Shown: positions 28,796 through 39,117, counted from the stretch's first letter. The stretch: DNA of 64,000 bases from Oligoflexales bacterium (GCA_045106415.1 JBGCEP010000012.1:8976-72975); one strand, 5' to 3'. Notes: generated by a model from the sequence alone, not told the origin. A program made the numbers and translations.

Positions 28796-29107
28796 ATGGC
28801 AACACTCATCGCACACGCACAAGGTCATGTTATTTTACAAAATGGCCACACAGAGCTTCTCATTTTAGATCAATACGTCAAAGAGCTCCAACAAAAACAA
28901 GAGAAAAAACCTTTCGCTGAATATTTCCGAAGCACAGCTCTTGTCAATCGTAATGCTCGCCGCCTTTTCGATTCCTGGGTTCGCAAAGAGCCAAAATTAT
29001 GGTCTCGCCTTTATGACTATATTCACAACTCAATGAACGATGAAGACAACGCAGAGAGCACTCCTTCCAGCACTGAACAATCTGCCGACACAACCGCAGC
29101 AGAGTAA
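28796..29107 (+). CDS. Hypothetical protein
   Basis: ATG 28796 with AGGA upstream; coding-like composition. Confidence 0.7.
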   Translation: MATLIAHAQGHVILQNGHTELLILDQYVKELQQKQEKKPFAEYFRSTALVNRNARRLFDSWVRKEPKLWSRLYDYIHNSMNDEDNAESTPSSTEQSADTTAAE

Positions 29108-29124
29108 TAAAGAACTCTGCTAGA

Positions 29125-29442
29125 ATGGTCATTGAACCTACTAGCAGAGTGATTCTTGTGATCCGAAAATTTCTTACGATTGGCGCTGAACTTCACCTTT
29201 CTTCAGCAAAATGGGATGACGACCTGGACCAACAGGGCCGGACTGTTGACTTATATATTCCTCTTGATGTCTTCTGGGAAATGCAAGAGACTATTGAAAA
29301 AATAAATTACCTCAAAGCCACACATGTTCCAGCTTCAGATATTAAAGAACGCTATCGCAAGGTGTTTAAAATAGCAGCTCCATATGCGCTATTTGAAATA
29401 GATAGACTCTGGCTCTATAAAGAAAGTGGCTCGACTTCTTAA
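29125..29442 (+). CDS. Hypothetical protein
   Basis: 105-aa ORF starting 17 nt after the previous stop. Confidence 0.6.
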   Translation: MVIEPTSRVILVIRKFLTIGAELHLSSAKWDDDLDQQGRTVDLYIPLDVFWEMQETIEKINYLKATHVPASDIKERYRKVFKIAAPYALFEIDRLWLYKESGSTS

Positions 29443-30080
29443 GAAGAGGCTGCAATGATCCATGCACACAAGTTTCCCGCACTATGCAAACCCACCACAG
29501 CAAGAAGGCTTCTTGTTTTTTGGAATATAAATCCTGTTACTAAACCCAAAAAAAATGCACCGGGAACAAGCCCTATCTCTAACACTGATATACGATCAAA
29601 CGTGGGCCAACTATGAAGGAAACTAAACGTCATCGCTTGGAGATAAATCACATGTTCATCTTTTTTTAAATAAACCTGCAGCGCACCACCTAAACCTCTT
29701 CTGAACACCCATTCCTCGACCAAAGGAATCCACGTCAGCATCCACAGAGGTATTGAAAGATTAAAAAGATGAGAGAGACTGTGCAGCACAGCAAAAACAC
29801 CGCACAATTTCAATGTCACACGCTGTATAGAAGAGTTTTTCTCAAGAAAAAAAAGAATAAAAACCAGAAAGGCATGAAATACTAGCGCGCTCTGCCAAGG
29901 GAGGACATAAAAAAAATCAACACCAAATTGGTACAGCTCGGCTAGAAAGACAGAAAAACACAAGCAACCACAGACAGCTGAACTAAGACGCAGATTGTAT
30001 CGTTGTTGCTGCAAGAGTTTCCTGCACGAGATCCATAAGGGTTCGCATGTCATTTTTAACAACATATGCTGTCGCTCCAA
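29439..30080 (-). CDS. CPBP (CAAX/Abi) intramembrane metalloprotease; true start probably nearer 29990
   Basis: PLVEEWVFRR, FSFLH, GLHSAGN. Confidence 0.8.
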   Translation of the reverse strand: MERQHMLLKMTCEPLWISCRKLLQQQRYNLRLSSAVCGCLCFSVFLAELYQFGVDFFYVLPWQSALVFHAFLVFILFFLEKNSSIQRVTLKLCGVFAVLHSLSHLFNLSIPLWMLTWIPLVEEWVFRRGLGGALQVYLKKDEHVIYLQAMTFSFLHSWPTFDRISVLEIGLVPGAFFLGLVTGFIFQKTRSLLAVVGLHSAGNLCAWIIAASS

Positions 30081-30975
30081 CCTCTTCGCTAGCGGCTTGG
30101 TTTGCTTGACCAGAAAGTGATGTATTCAAAATCACCGGAAGTTTCGAAACTCTTAGATCTTCAAAATCTCGCACCCACTTAGTGAAAGTTAATCCATCCA
30201 TTTGAGGCATTTCAACATCAGAAATCACCAAATCAGGTAATTTTCCTTTGCTCAGCATATCAAGAATCATATTCTTTGCATTCAACCCATCAACAGCTTC
30301 ATGAACTTCATACCCTTTGCTCATTAAAAAAGGTTTTAATGCATTTCGGATCAATGAAGAATCATCAACAACCAATAGCCGACCTGCATACGGGGCTGAA
30401 GACACGGTTAATTGATGAGGGGTAGGGGCAGCTCCAGCCCCGCGCTGAATATGGGCTCCATACGAGTGTGCAGACCCCATACCAGTCCGGCTCTCTAAAT
30501 CAAGTAGGATTCTTTCTAAATCTAAAATAAAAAGAAATTGATTATCTTCAACAAGAGTCATTCCGTTAATGCACGCTTCATTCTCAGAAGCCGGTGGCAA
30601 CACTTGATCCCAAGCAATACGGCGAATGCGTTCTGTACTATCAACAACGAAACCAGCTCTCTTTGAAGAAAATTCAGTCACAATAATACGCTTTTCTCTA
30701 TCATTACTATTATAAGAACCATGGTCATCGCCTAAGACCTGGGCAAGGTTAATAGCTGGAATAGGAATTCCTCTAAGTTCAAAAACCCCAGCCACACCGG
30801 GGATTCGTGATGATAATGGGTTAATCTCAGGTATACGTACAACTTCACGAACTTTCGCTACATTAACACCATAACGTCCTGTTATTTGAGAGCCATCTGC
30901 TCTATATCGAGTCAATGTAAATTCAATAAGCTCAAACACACTTCGACCGACTTCAAGTTCATTAAGGTCTGGCAC
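29983..30975 (-). CDS. cheV: Chemotaxis protein CheV (CheW plus receiver)
   Basis: YGVNVAKVREV, LRGIPIP, VVDDS, ISDVEMPQMDG; GGAGG RBS before GTG 30975. Confidence 0.92.
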   Translation of the reverse strand: MPDLNELEVGRSVFELIEFTLTRYRADGSQITGRYGVNVAKVREVVRIPEINPLSSRIPGVAGVFELRGIPIPAINLAQVLGDDHGSYNSNDREKRIIVTEFSSKRAGFVVDSTERIRRIAWDQVLPPASENEACINGMTLVEDNQFLFILDLERILLDLESRTGMGSAHSYGAHIQRGAGAAPTPHQLTVSSAPYAGRLLVVDDSSLIRNALKPFLMSKGYEVHEAVDGLNAKNMILDMLSKGKLPDLVISDVEMPQMDGLTFTKWVRDFEDLRVSKLPVILNTSLSGQANQAASEEVGATAYVVKNDMRTLMDLVQETLAATTIQSAS

Positions 30976-31026
30976 GTCACCTCCTTCTCGCTGACTCAAA
31001 GTTCATCGGCACATGCAGAATAAAGA

Positions 31027-31770
31027 TCAAGTTTTTGCGTTCGTTTCATGGGCATTATCAATAGGCCTTAAGTAAGCCTCAATTGCTCTTCTTTGTGTAT
31101 CCATCAATTTTTGAAACTCAATTCCAGCCCTGCCGTCTTTTGCTCGAAACCATGCTAGTTTTCCTTTAACCCTCGGAGGCAAAGCTCCACCTTCAACACA
31201 AGAGAGGTGAATTGTGACTTCATCACCTTTTTTAAAGGCACCAGCCTCATCAAATTCAACCCCAAGACCATTAACCCCAATATCTACAATTTGTCCTTGG
31301 AGCTTAGGCGCTCTTTTACCACGACCAGCTCCTTGCCCTACGACAACAGCCGTAGCATCGACAGAGTAACGTTTAAGTGTTCGTTTTTTCTGAAGAACAA
31401 ATCTAGTAACAACTTCTTTTAACTTTTCTGATCGAATAGGCTTTGGGACCCAAGCGCAAGAATCACTGTAGTAGAAAAGCTCTTCTTGGATATACTTTTT
31501 CACAACAGGGTGTGCAAAAGCAGTCATAATAATGGGCTTGCCAGTAATTTTCTTCAGACTTTGGGTCAAAACAACAGCATCTGTATCAGGCAAATCAAAA
31601 TCAACGACAATCATTTCAAAGCCTTCTGGATCAGCTTTAACGAGATCAAGGCATTCATTCCCTGTGGATGCAAGAGTAATCTCAACACCACTCAGAGTGT
31701 CTTTGAAAACCTCAGATGTCATCACAACACTAGACTTATAACGATCAGCAATCAAAATTCTCGCCAACAC
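31027..31770 (-). CDS. Receiver plus PilZ domain protein
   Basis: VVDFDLPD, KP; RTLKR and DIGVNG PilZ-like motifs, GIEF. Confidence 0.8.
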   Translation of the reverse strand: MLARILIADRYKSSVVMTSEVFKDTLSGVEITLASTGNECLDLVKADPEGFEMIVVDFDLPDTDAVVLTQSLKKITGKPIIMTAFAHPVVKKYIQEELFYYSDSCAWVPKPIRSEKLKEVVTRFVLQKKRTLKRYSVDATAVVVGQGAGRGKRAPKLQGQIVDIGVNGLGVEFDEAGAFKKGDEVTIHLSCVEGGALPPRVKGKLAWFRAKDGRAGIEFQKLMDTQRRAIEAYLRPIDNAHETNAKT

Positions 31771-31869
31771 ACCCTCCTCAGAATCATCGCTTTTGTCGAT
31801 TATATGACACTCTCAAACTCAAGAAGGCTGCCGAATCTACCGACCCGTATGTTATTGGAGGGATGACTC

Positions 31870-32928
31870 TTGCAACATGTCACAATAGCCTTAACCTTAT
31901 ACATGCTAGCCTGCGTACTTCAAGGCGCTGTCGATTCCCCATATACTCCAGGACACCACCAATGGGCCATGGATCCAAGCATATTCAAAATTCCAAAAAA
32001 CCTGCCCATTGAAGACAAGATCATTGAAATTAAACCTTCAGAGCAACAGATCCGTAAAAGAATATTAAGCTCACAAACAAGAGAAGAGATCGGACACATT
32101 ACAATCTATATCTCTCGAAAAAATATCGATGAAAAAGCCATAAAATACTCACAACCTCCTTTTAGGAAACATTTTAAAAAATGGGCTCTTTCTCAATTGG
32201 AAAAAAGTTCAGCCAAACTCATAACCTTAACACCTGAGACACTAGAGTGGATTAATCTTAAAAAAGTATCTGAAAAATTTGCACAAGTTCATCACGATCT
32301 CAAACTCCACCCTCTTCCTAAAAGAAAAGCACGCCAGCTCAGTCGACGAATGCGGCCTTTTTTTATTAAAAAACAATATCAAAGTCTGAAAAAGAAACTT
32401 TTATCCAAAAAATCTCTTCGAGTCGATCAACACCTTCTTCCTTCTTTTGCAAAACGTGCTGTTCGTCATTTTACAATTTTTCGTGGCCCTAATTGTTTTC
32501 ATGCAAGCCTGGCATTCCAAAACGAGCAATGGACCAAGCTTGCTGGCGTCAATATTAGAAGGGAAAAAAATCATCATAAGTCCATGATCAATCACGACGA
32601 ACTTGATCGCGCTCTTAAACAATATTTTTATCCAGTTCAACCACCATTCAAATATGGAGACCTTATGGTCTTTGCCGACCTTCCCGAAAAACCCCATACA
32701 GATCTCCATTATCGCTGGATCAAGCATGCTGCTACATGGCTTTTCGATGGCTACGTTTTCTCCAAAGGGTCAAAATCACCGAACAGCCCTTGGACAGTTA
32801 AAACCTTTCACGAAGAATGGGATCGCTGGTCAAAAAACACCAAAAGACTGGGTATAAAAGTCTTTCGCCGATCTCAGGAACATGTTAAGAAACAGCTCCC
32901 GATCGACCCTGTCGATTGGCTCTACTAA
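31870..32928 (+). CDS. Exported hypothetical protein, possible papain/NlpC-P60-like C-terminal domain
   Basis: Signal peptide, GPNCF, GDLMVF, HAATWL, VFSKG. Confidence 0.6.
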   Translation: MQHVTIALTLYMLACVLQGAVDSPYTPGHHQWAMDPSIFKIPKNLPIEDKIIEIKPSEQQIRKRILSSQTREEIGHITIYISRKNIDEKAIKYSQPPFRKHFKKWALSQLEKSSAKLITLTPETLEWINLKKVSEKFAQVHHDLKLHPLPKRKARQLSRRMRPFFIKKQYQSLKKKLLSKKSLRVDQHLLPSFAKRAVRHFTIFRGPNCFHASLAFQNEQWTKLAGVNIRREKNHHKSMINHDELDRALKQYFYPVQPPFKYGDLMVFADLPEKPHTDLHYRWIKHAATWLFDGYVFSKGSKSPNSPWTVKTFHEEWDRWSKNTKRLGIKVFRRSQEHVKKQLPIDPVDWLY

Positions 32929-32970
32929 CCAAATTCATTTCAAACGGGTGTTCTAGTGCGTCGACGAGTC

Positions 32971-34149
32971 ATGAAAGATCAATCGTCTCATAGTGTGCGT
33001 TCACGCGCTCCAAGTCCAAGAGTTGCGTGCTCACTCAAAAAACAATGTGGCTTATGCCCAGATGTTAATGAGCCTTACTCACAGACCTTGCCTATAAAAG
33101 TCGAGCAAGAACTCAAGCAGTTCAAGCAACACCCTCTTTTTGAGAACACGAAGTTTCTTCCTGCTGTTGCAAGCCCTCGTGAACTTGGATACCGCTGTGT
33201 CGCAAAACTAGCTGTACAACCTGATCACAGTGGGGAGTTCAAGATTGGCCTCTATACCCCCGGTACTCACGATGTCATTAGCATTGAACAGTGCCCTCTT
33301 CATGTAGAAGCGATCCGCAACCTTCTCCCAGAACTGACTGAGCGACTCAATCACAGCTCTCTAACACCTTGGAATGGTGAAACCGGCGATATCCGCTACC
33401 TTGTGATCCGCGCCTCTCACCTTACAAAAGAGTTGATGGTCACCTTTATCACTCAAAAAGACTGTAAACGAGACCTCGTCCGAATCGTCCGAGGTCTTCA
33501 ACGGAGTCATATCGCTTCTGTTTATCAAAGCGTCCATAAACCTGAGGGCAATGGAATTTTTGGAGAAACACCTCGTCACCTTGCAGGTGCCCCCGGACTA
33601 AGGGAATCTGTATGTGACTTGGCCTTCCAGCTTGGGCCGCAGACTTTTTTCCAAGTCAACCCTTGGGTTGCTTCTCAAATCTATCGCCGCATAGAGCATA
33701 TTGCTGGTAACGGCAATCAACTCCGAGCATGGGATTTATATAGTGGATGTGGACCAATATCAATGGTCCTCGCTCGCGCTGGTTATCAAGTGACTGGAGT
33801 TGAAGAAAATATTGAAGCTGTTGAATCAGCCGAGAAAAACCTTCTCCGCAACCAACTCAAAGCTCGATTTATTCCGAGTCGCGTTGAAAACACAATTCTT
33901 GCAGATAGTCCAAGCCTCATTGTAACAAATCCGTCACGTCGCGGAATGGCTTCTGGCGCTCGCCAATGGCTCAAAGAAGCCATTAAGACACACCGTTGCC
34001 CTATCGTTTACATGTCTTGCAACGCAGACACTCTTATTCGTGATTTGGAAGACATTTGCGAAACAGGTTACCAGGTTCGTCAGATTGAAGCTTTTGACAT
34101 GTTTCCACAAACCGGGCATTTTGAATGGCTAACAGTTCTCTCCATTTAG
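32971..34149 (+). CDS. rlmD: 23S rRNA m5U methyltransferase (RlmD/RlmC family)
   Basis: C....QCGLC, FFQVN, DLYSGCG, YMSCN, DMFPQTGHFE. Confidence 0.88.
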   Translation: MKDQSSHSVRSRAPSPRVACSLKKQCGLCPDVNEPYSQTLPIKVEQELKQFKQHPLFENTKFLPAVASPRELGYRCVAKLAVQPDHSGEFKIGLYTPGTHDVISIEQCPLHVEAIRNLLPELTERLNHSSLTPWNGETGDIRYLVIRASHLTKELMVTFITQKDCKRDLVRIVRGLQRSHIASVYQSVHKPEGNGIFGETPRHLAGAPGLRESVCDLAFQLGPQTFFQVNPWVASQIYRRIEHIAGNGNQLRAWDLYSGCGPISMVLARAGYQVTGVEENIEAVESAEKNLLRNQLKARFIPSRVENTILADSPSLIVTNPSRRGMASGARQWLKEAIKTHRCPIVYMSCNADTLIRDLEDICETGYQVRQIEAFDMFPQTGHFEWLTVLSI

Positions 34150-34158
34150 GATGAACCT

Positions 34159-35322
34159 ATGCCTGTAAATGACCTTACGGCTTCTTTGAAGCCGTACCCC
34201 ATGGAACAGCTTAATCAAATACGCCAAAAGCTTGCTTCTGAACAAAGAGAGGTTTTTGATTTTGGAACCGGGGATCCAAAAATTCCGGTATGGCCTCCTA
34301 TTCAGGAGGCTTTAATCCAAAGCCTTTCGCCTATCAGTCAATACCCTTCCATTCGCGCAACTACAGACCTTCAAATGTCACAGGACAACTATGTCAAACG
34401 CACGATCAAGCCACTTGATGATCACTGGATCACTCTTCCAACTCGTGGAAGTAAGGAAGCTATCTTTCATTTGGCCCTAAGTGTCATAGGAAGAAATGGT
34501 AAAAACACCCTTGCGTTCCCTGATCCGGGCTATCCTGTCTACCGAAGTTCTTGTCTCTTTGCAGGTGGAATCCCAGTCGCTGTGCCTATGCACCCTAAGA
34601 AAGCATTTGCACCTTGGGACGTTCCAGATCTTCAGCAGGGGGCTGCTGCTCTTTGGGTCAACTCACCTCACAACCCAACAGGGTCTGTTCTTTCCAAAAA
34701 TAATTGGATTGATATCATTCAGTGGTGCAAAGATACAAAAACTCTATTGTTATCAGATGATTGCTACACCGAGATTTATCAAGACACGCCTCCTATTCAC
34801 CCTCTCGAGCTCACAACCCGCAACATCATTAGTGTCGTGAGTTTATCAAAGCGAAGTGGCCTCACAGGATACCGCGCTGGTATGCTTGTCGGAGACCCCG
34901 ACTTACTACAGCCTCACACCAGAGCTCGAGCAAATTTTGGACTAGGCCAACCACAATTTATACAAGCCGCATCTTGCGCTGCTTGGGACGACGATAAACA
35001 TGTCGCAGAGCGTCGTCAAATTTTTCGCACTCGCATGAAAACAGCTTCAGCTCCTTTCATCAAACACGGATTTTTAGACTCTGAGCCAGAAGCAACTTTT
35101 TACTTGTGGCTCAAAATCCCACAAGGATGTGATGTCGCTTTTTGCAAGAAACTCGCTACGGACTCTGCTATTATCGCGAGCCCATCTAGCTGGTTTTCAG
35201 CTAAAACTACAGGTTGGATACGTCTAGCTCTTGTGCCTGATCAAAATGATATTCAGCGCGCGCTACCACAACTTTTACGAGCCTTTGAGGAGAATAAAAT
35301 TGGATATTCATCAAGCTCTTGA
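34159..35322 (+). CDS. dapC: Class I/II aminotransferase, probable succinyldiaminopimelate transaminase
   Basis: GSKEAIF, NSPHNPTG, SDDCY, SLSKRSGLTGYR; coupled to dapD. Confidence 0.8.
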   Translation: MPVNDLTASLKPYPMEQLNQIRQKLASEQREVFDFGTGDPKIPVWPPIQEALIQSLSPISQYPSIRATTDLQMSQDNYVKRTIKPLDDHWITLPTRGSKEAIFHLALSVIGRNGKNTLAFPDPGYPVYRSSCLFAGGIPVAVPMHPKKAFAPWDVPDLQQGAAALWVNSPHNPTGSVLSKNNWIDIIQWCKDTKTLLLSDDCYTEIYQDTPPIHPLELTTRNIISVVSLSKRSGLTGYRAGMLVGDPDLLQPHTRARANFGLGQPQFIQAASCAAWDDDKHVAERRQIFRTRMKTASAPFIKHGFLDSEPEATFYLWLKIPQGCDVAFCKKLATDSAIIASPSSWFSAKTTGWIRLALVPDQNDIQRALPQLLRAFEENKIGYSSSS

Positions 35323-36091
35323 AATCATCGAAAACGATGACAAAACAGCTCCAGCAGAAGCCATAGAAACAGTTATTCAAGGTTTAGACGACGGATCCAT
35401 ACGCGTTTTAAATGCAAACGGAAAAGTCGACACAAGAGTCAAAAAAGCAATTCTTGGATATTTCAGGACACAGCCAATGTCTCAATATCATGTTGGCCCT
35501 TATGTCTATCACGACAAGATTCCTTTAAAACAAAATTACGCAGAGCTTGGTGTACGGGTCGTCCCTCCGGCGACTGCACGTTACGGCTCTTTCATGGAGC
35601 GAGGCGTTGTACTCATGCCTTCTTACGTCAATATTGGCGCATGGATCGGGCGAGAAACAATGATCGACACATGGGCTACAGTTGGCTCTTGCGCTCAAAT
35701 TGGTGCTCAGGTGCACTTATCCGGTGGAGTTGGTATTGGTGGAGTCTTAGAGCCAGCCAGTGCAACACCTGTCATTATTGACGACGGAGCTTTCATCGGG
35801 TCAAGAAGCATTATTGTGGAAGGTGTTCGCGTTGGCAAAGATGCTGTCATCGCAGCGAACGTCACTCTCACAGCATCCACACCTATTATTGATACTCGCT
35901 CCGGCACACACGTTACACTTAAAGGGACTGTTCCCGATCGATGCGTTGTTGTCCCAGGAACACGAGACAAACCAACGGAGGGGGGCTCTATCCAAACCGG
36001 ATGCGCTTATATTATTGGCGAAAGATCTGCGTCAACGGATAAGAAAACATCTTTAAATAATGCTTTAAGAGAATTTGCCCTCTCCGTGTAA
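35300..36091 (+). CDS. dapD: Tetrahydrodipicolinate N-succinyltransferase
   Basis: DKIPLK, RVVPPA, MPSYVNIGA, DTWATVGSCAQIG, GGVLEP; GAGGAG RBS with TTG start. Confidence 0.95.
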   Translation: MDIHQALEIIENDDKTAPAEAIETVIQGLDDGSIRVLNANGKVDTRVKKAILGYFRTQPMSQYHVGPYVYHDKIPLKQNYAELGVRVVPPATARYGSFMERGVVLMPSYVNIGAWIGRETMIDTWATVGSCAQIGAQVHLSGGVGIGGVLEPASATPVIIDDGAFIGSRSIIVEGVRVGKDAVIAANVTLTASTPIIDTRSGTHVTLKGTVPDRCVVVPGTRDKPTEGGSIQTGCAYIIGERSASTDKKTSLNNALREFALSV

Positions 36092-36109
36092 AAAAATTGC
36101 AGCATGACC

Positions 36110-36436
36110 TTAAAAGTCATGCTGCAAGTCTTTACCTTTCAGAGTTTCTTGTGACTCTAAATCCAAGAATAAATCTGCATCGCCCATAATCAGTCGGCAA
36201 GCAAGACGAACCTCACTTTGTTCAAAGCCCATTCTCTTTAAAAGCTCTTTTTCGTCTGAGTCCATATCTGAGCATTCGCCTTCAACTCGAATGAGGCATG
36301 TCCCACAACGGCAAGAAGCACAACCATACTTTAAGGGCACTTTTGCTCGCACCAGAAAACCAAGAAGACGAGTTCCTACTTCAACTTCATATTCATTACC
36401 ATTTGAAAGCCGCAGATATGGCACAGTACACCTCAA
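36110..36436 (-). CDS. 2Fe-2S ferredoxin
   Basis: GCASCRCGTC...RLAC. Confidence 0.85.
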   Translation of the reverse strand: MRCTVPYLRLSNGNEYEVEVGTRLLGFLVRAKVPLKYGCASCRCGTCLIRVEGECSDMDSDEKELLKRMGFEQSEVRLACRLIMGDADLFLDLESQETLKGKDLQHDF

Positions 36437-36438
36437 AA

Positions 36439-37233
36439 CTAAGGGTTATGTGGTTTTGTTCCCGAAAGTAAAAATTCGGTCAATATCACAAATTCATCAG
36501 GACTTAATGTCTCGCAGCGCCTTTTCAAATCAATAGGGGAGTCTTTGACTTGGAGTTCTCCTTGCTGCAAAAAACTAGAAAGACTATTACTTAAAGTTTT
36601 GCGTCTTTGCATAAAAGATTTTCTTGAAACAATTTCAACATTTTTTAAAACTTCAGGAGAATACTTTGTCCCAGGTTGTACAGAAAAAACAGCGCTTTCA
36701 ACTTTTGGTTGTGGCCTAAAAACCGTTGCCGGTACATGAAACTCAAATTGAGTTCTAGAACGCAGTTGCGTATAAACACTAAGGCTGCCATAAGATTTTT
36801 GATTACACGGTGCAACCACTCGTTGCGCAAATTCTAACTGCACCATCAAAATCGCAGGAAGTTGAGCTTCTAATATTTTCTGAAGAATAGGACTGGAAAT
36901 ATTATAAGGAATATTACCGCAAATCGCGACACGCTTTCCTTTATTTTCTTTGAGCCAATCATCCAGAGAAAACCTTAAAATATCAGCTTCCGTCACTTTA
37001 CAGTGATCCCACTTCTTTTCCTTAAGAAGATCTGCAAACCGGGAGTCTTTTTCAACAGCATGCACTTGAATACCTTGATCCAGAAGGTGCCGTGTTAAAA
37101 TTCCTGGCCCAGGACCAATCTCTAAAACTGAGACCACATTCCAGTCTTTCAGTTTTTCAACCATTTTACGACATGGCCAATCTTCACTTAAAAAAACCTG
37201 ACCTAATGACTTTTTTTGTGCAAGTCGCTTCAT
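36439..37233 (-). CDS. rsmA: 16S rRNA dimethyladenosine transferase
   Basis: KKSLGQVFL, EIGPGPG, GNIPYNISS, YGSLSV, PQPKVES. Confidence 0.95.
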   Translation of the reverse strand: MKRLAQKKSLGQVFLSEDWPCRKMVEKLKDWNVVSVLEIGPGPGILTRHLLDQGIQVHAVEKDSRFADLLKEKKWDHCKVTEADILRFSLDDWLKENKGKRVAICGNIPYNISSPILQKILEAQLPAILMVQLEFAQRVVAPCNQKSYGSLSVYTQLRSRTQFEFHVPATVFRPQPKVESAVFSVQPGTKYSPEVLKNVEIVSRKSFMQRRKTLSNSLSSFLQQGELQVKDSPIDLKRRCETLSPDEFVILTEFLLSGTKPHNP

Positions 37234-37243
37234 AACTCGAACC

Positions 37244-38245
37244 CTATTGCCAATAATTTTCATATGGATAACGTGCAAAAGGCTCTAAATCGGAACTTGA
37301 ATCAAGTTTTGTGGATTGTTTAAGTTCTTCAGAACCAAGCGCTGCGATCATTGCTGCGTTATCAGAACAATATTCTAACTTCGGCGCAACAACGTCGACA
37401 TTTAGAGGTTCCAGCATATCACGAAAACGACGATTCGCAGCGACCCCACCTGCAATTACAAATGTTTTCAAATCAGAGTGTTGTTTTAGAACATTTTCCA
37501 CCATTCTCACAATCTGACCTAAAGCCTCTTCTTGAAAAGCATCACACAGATCCGGAACTTCCCACGACTCCTTTGAGTGGTGAACAAGTCTCATCATATG
37601 AGTTTTTAATCCTGAATAGCTGAACTCAAAACGCCCACTCCCATGCATCATTTTAGGCATAGGAATTTTTTGACCATGACCTAGACGAGCCTGCTTCTCA
37701 ATCACGGGACCACCCGGATATCCAAGCTTTAACAGACGAGCAACTTTATCAAACGACTCTCCACAAGCGTCATCAATCGAGACGGCCAACAATTGAAAAT
37801 CAAGAGGATGGTCCATACGATATAAATTCGTATGCCCCCCTGACACCACCAAAGCCAGGCATGGGAATTGGACTTCTTTTTCTAATCCCAAAAAAGCTCC
37901 ATGAAGATGGGCATGAACATGGTTCACCGGAATTAAAGGGACTCCACTGCTTTGATGTAAACCTTTTGCAAAAGAAACACCAACCAGCAAAGCACCAATA
38001 AGACCGGGGCCCTGAGTCACAGCGATCCCATCAAGATCACTCACTTTATACCCTGCCATCGCTTCATCCCACAGCGACGGCAAAGCTTCCAGGTGCGCTC
38101 GCGCAGCGACCTCTGGGACCACTCCACCAAACCTTTTGTGGATATCAATCTGAGAGGAAACCAAAGAAGAAACAACTTCTTTTCCATCTTTTACTAGCGC
38201 AACAGCTGTTTCATCACAGCTGGATTCAATTCCTACAACCAGCAC
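37244..38245 (-). CDS. tsaD: tRNA t6A threonylcarbamoyltransferase
   Basis: GIESSCDET, GGVVPE, HVHAH, VSGGHT, DDACGESFDK, DNAAMIA. Confidence 0.96.
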   Translation of the reverse strand: MLVVGIESSCDETAVALVKDGKEVVSSLVSSQIDIHKRFGGVVPEVAARAHLEALPSLWDEAMAGYKVSDLDGIAVTQGPGLIGALLVGVSFAKGLHQSSGVPLIPVNHVHAHLHGAFLGLEKEVQFPCLALVVSGGHTNLYRMDHPLDFQLLAVSIDDACGESFDKVARLLKLGYPGGPVIEKQARLGHGQKIPMPKMMHGSGRFEFSYSGLKTHMMRLVHHSKESWEVPDLCDAFQEEALGQIVRMVENVLKQHSDLKTFVIAGGVAANRRFRDMLEPLNVDVVAPKLEYCSDNAAMIAALGSEELKQSTKLDSSSDLEPFARYPYENYWQ

Positions 38246-38247
38246 GT

Positions 38248-39027
38248 CTAACCCTTTTTATTCACTTTTTGTAAGCGGCTTAAGCTTTTTTTTGCTAATT
38301 TTGCTTCTGACGATTTCGGATGGTTCTCTAACAATTCTTTATAATAAACTCTTGCTGCATCCGATTTCCCCATTCTACGAAAACAATCCCCCATCCGCAT
38401 CCGAACATGAGGGAGGACTTTATCAGAGGGTTTCATTTCTAACAATTCATGGAACGCTAAAGCAGCCTCTGACCATCGCTTAAGACGGTATAAACTTTCT
38501 GCCTTTAAATAACGACTCCCTTTCGCATGAGAACCTGTAAAATATTTAGGTATCCCCGACAGTACTTCTTCATAGCGCTTATCATGAAAAGCTCGATTGA
38601 GAGAAGAGTAACTCTGACCAGAAGCAGACTGGTCACTTGAGACAACATCTTCTTTTTTTCCAGCTGAAACCTTCTCACCCACCTGCTGTAGACTTGCCTC
38701 TATGGATTCGACTCGACCCAAAAGGGAAGAGGGATCTATCGCTTCACCTGGAACCCCACCACGCCGCACAGCAACTTTGAGCATATCTACTTCACCATGT
38801 AATAGACGAAGAGTTTGCTCAATCTCTTGAAAACGAGTATCTCCACTCGCCACCTGCTCTCTGACGCCATCAATATCTCCGCCCTTGACTCCTTGCTGCT
38901 CTTCTAAGTGCAAAAGCCGTTTTTGAACACGAAAAAGATCAGCTTTTAAATTTTTATGCTGAACTCGAGACGCGCAAGAAATCGAATTTAATAAAACAAA
39001 AACACATGTCACCATATGAATCTTCAT
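38248..39027 (-). CDS. CpoB/YbgF-like TPR lipoprotein
   Basis: ISC lipobox, coiled coil, C-terminal TPRs ending HPKSSEAKLA. Confidence 0.7.
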   Translation of the reverse strand: MKIHMVTCVFVLLNSISCASRVQHKNLKADLFRVQKRLLHLEEQQGVKGGDIDGVREQVASGDTRFQEIEQTLRLLHGEVDMLKVAVRRGGVPGEAIDPSSLLGRVESIEASLQQVGEKVSAGKKEDVVSSDQSASGQSYSSLNRAFHDKRYEEVLSGIPKYFTGSHAKGSRYLKAESLYRLKRWSEAALAFHELLEMKPSDKVLPHVRMRMGDCFRRMGKSDAARVYYKELLENHPKSSEAKLAKKSLSRLQKVNKKG

Positions 39028-39117
39028 AATATCCTCATACTCAATAGATTTAGCATCACACTATGTGACCACATCTGACATCTATTATATGTGAGTTATT
39101 AATATCTGAAAGGTCGA

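Noticed and set aside
31003..31030. Sigma28 promoter for cheV (GCCGATGA)
   Set aside because: The -10 box fits, but there is no TAAA -35 box at the expected spacing; too weak to list.
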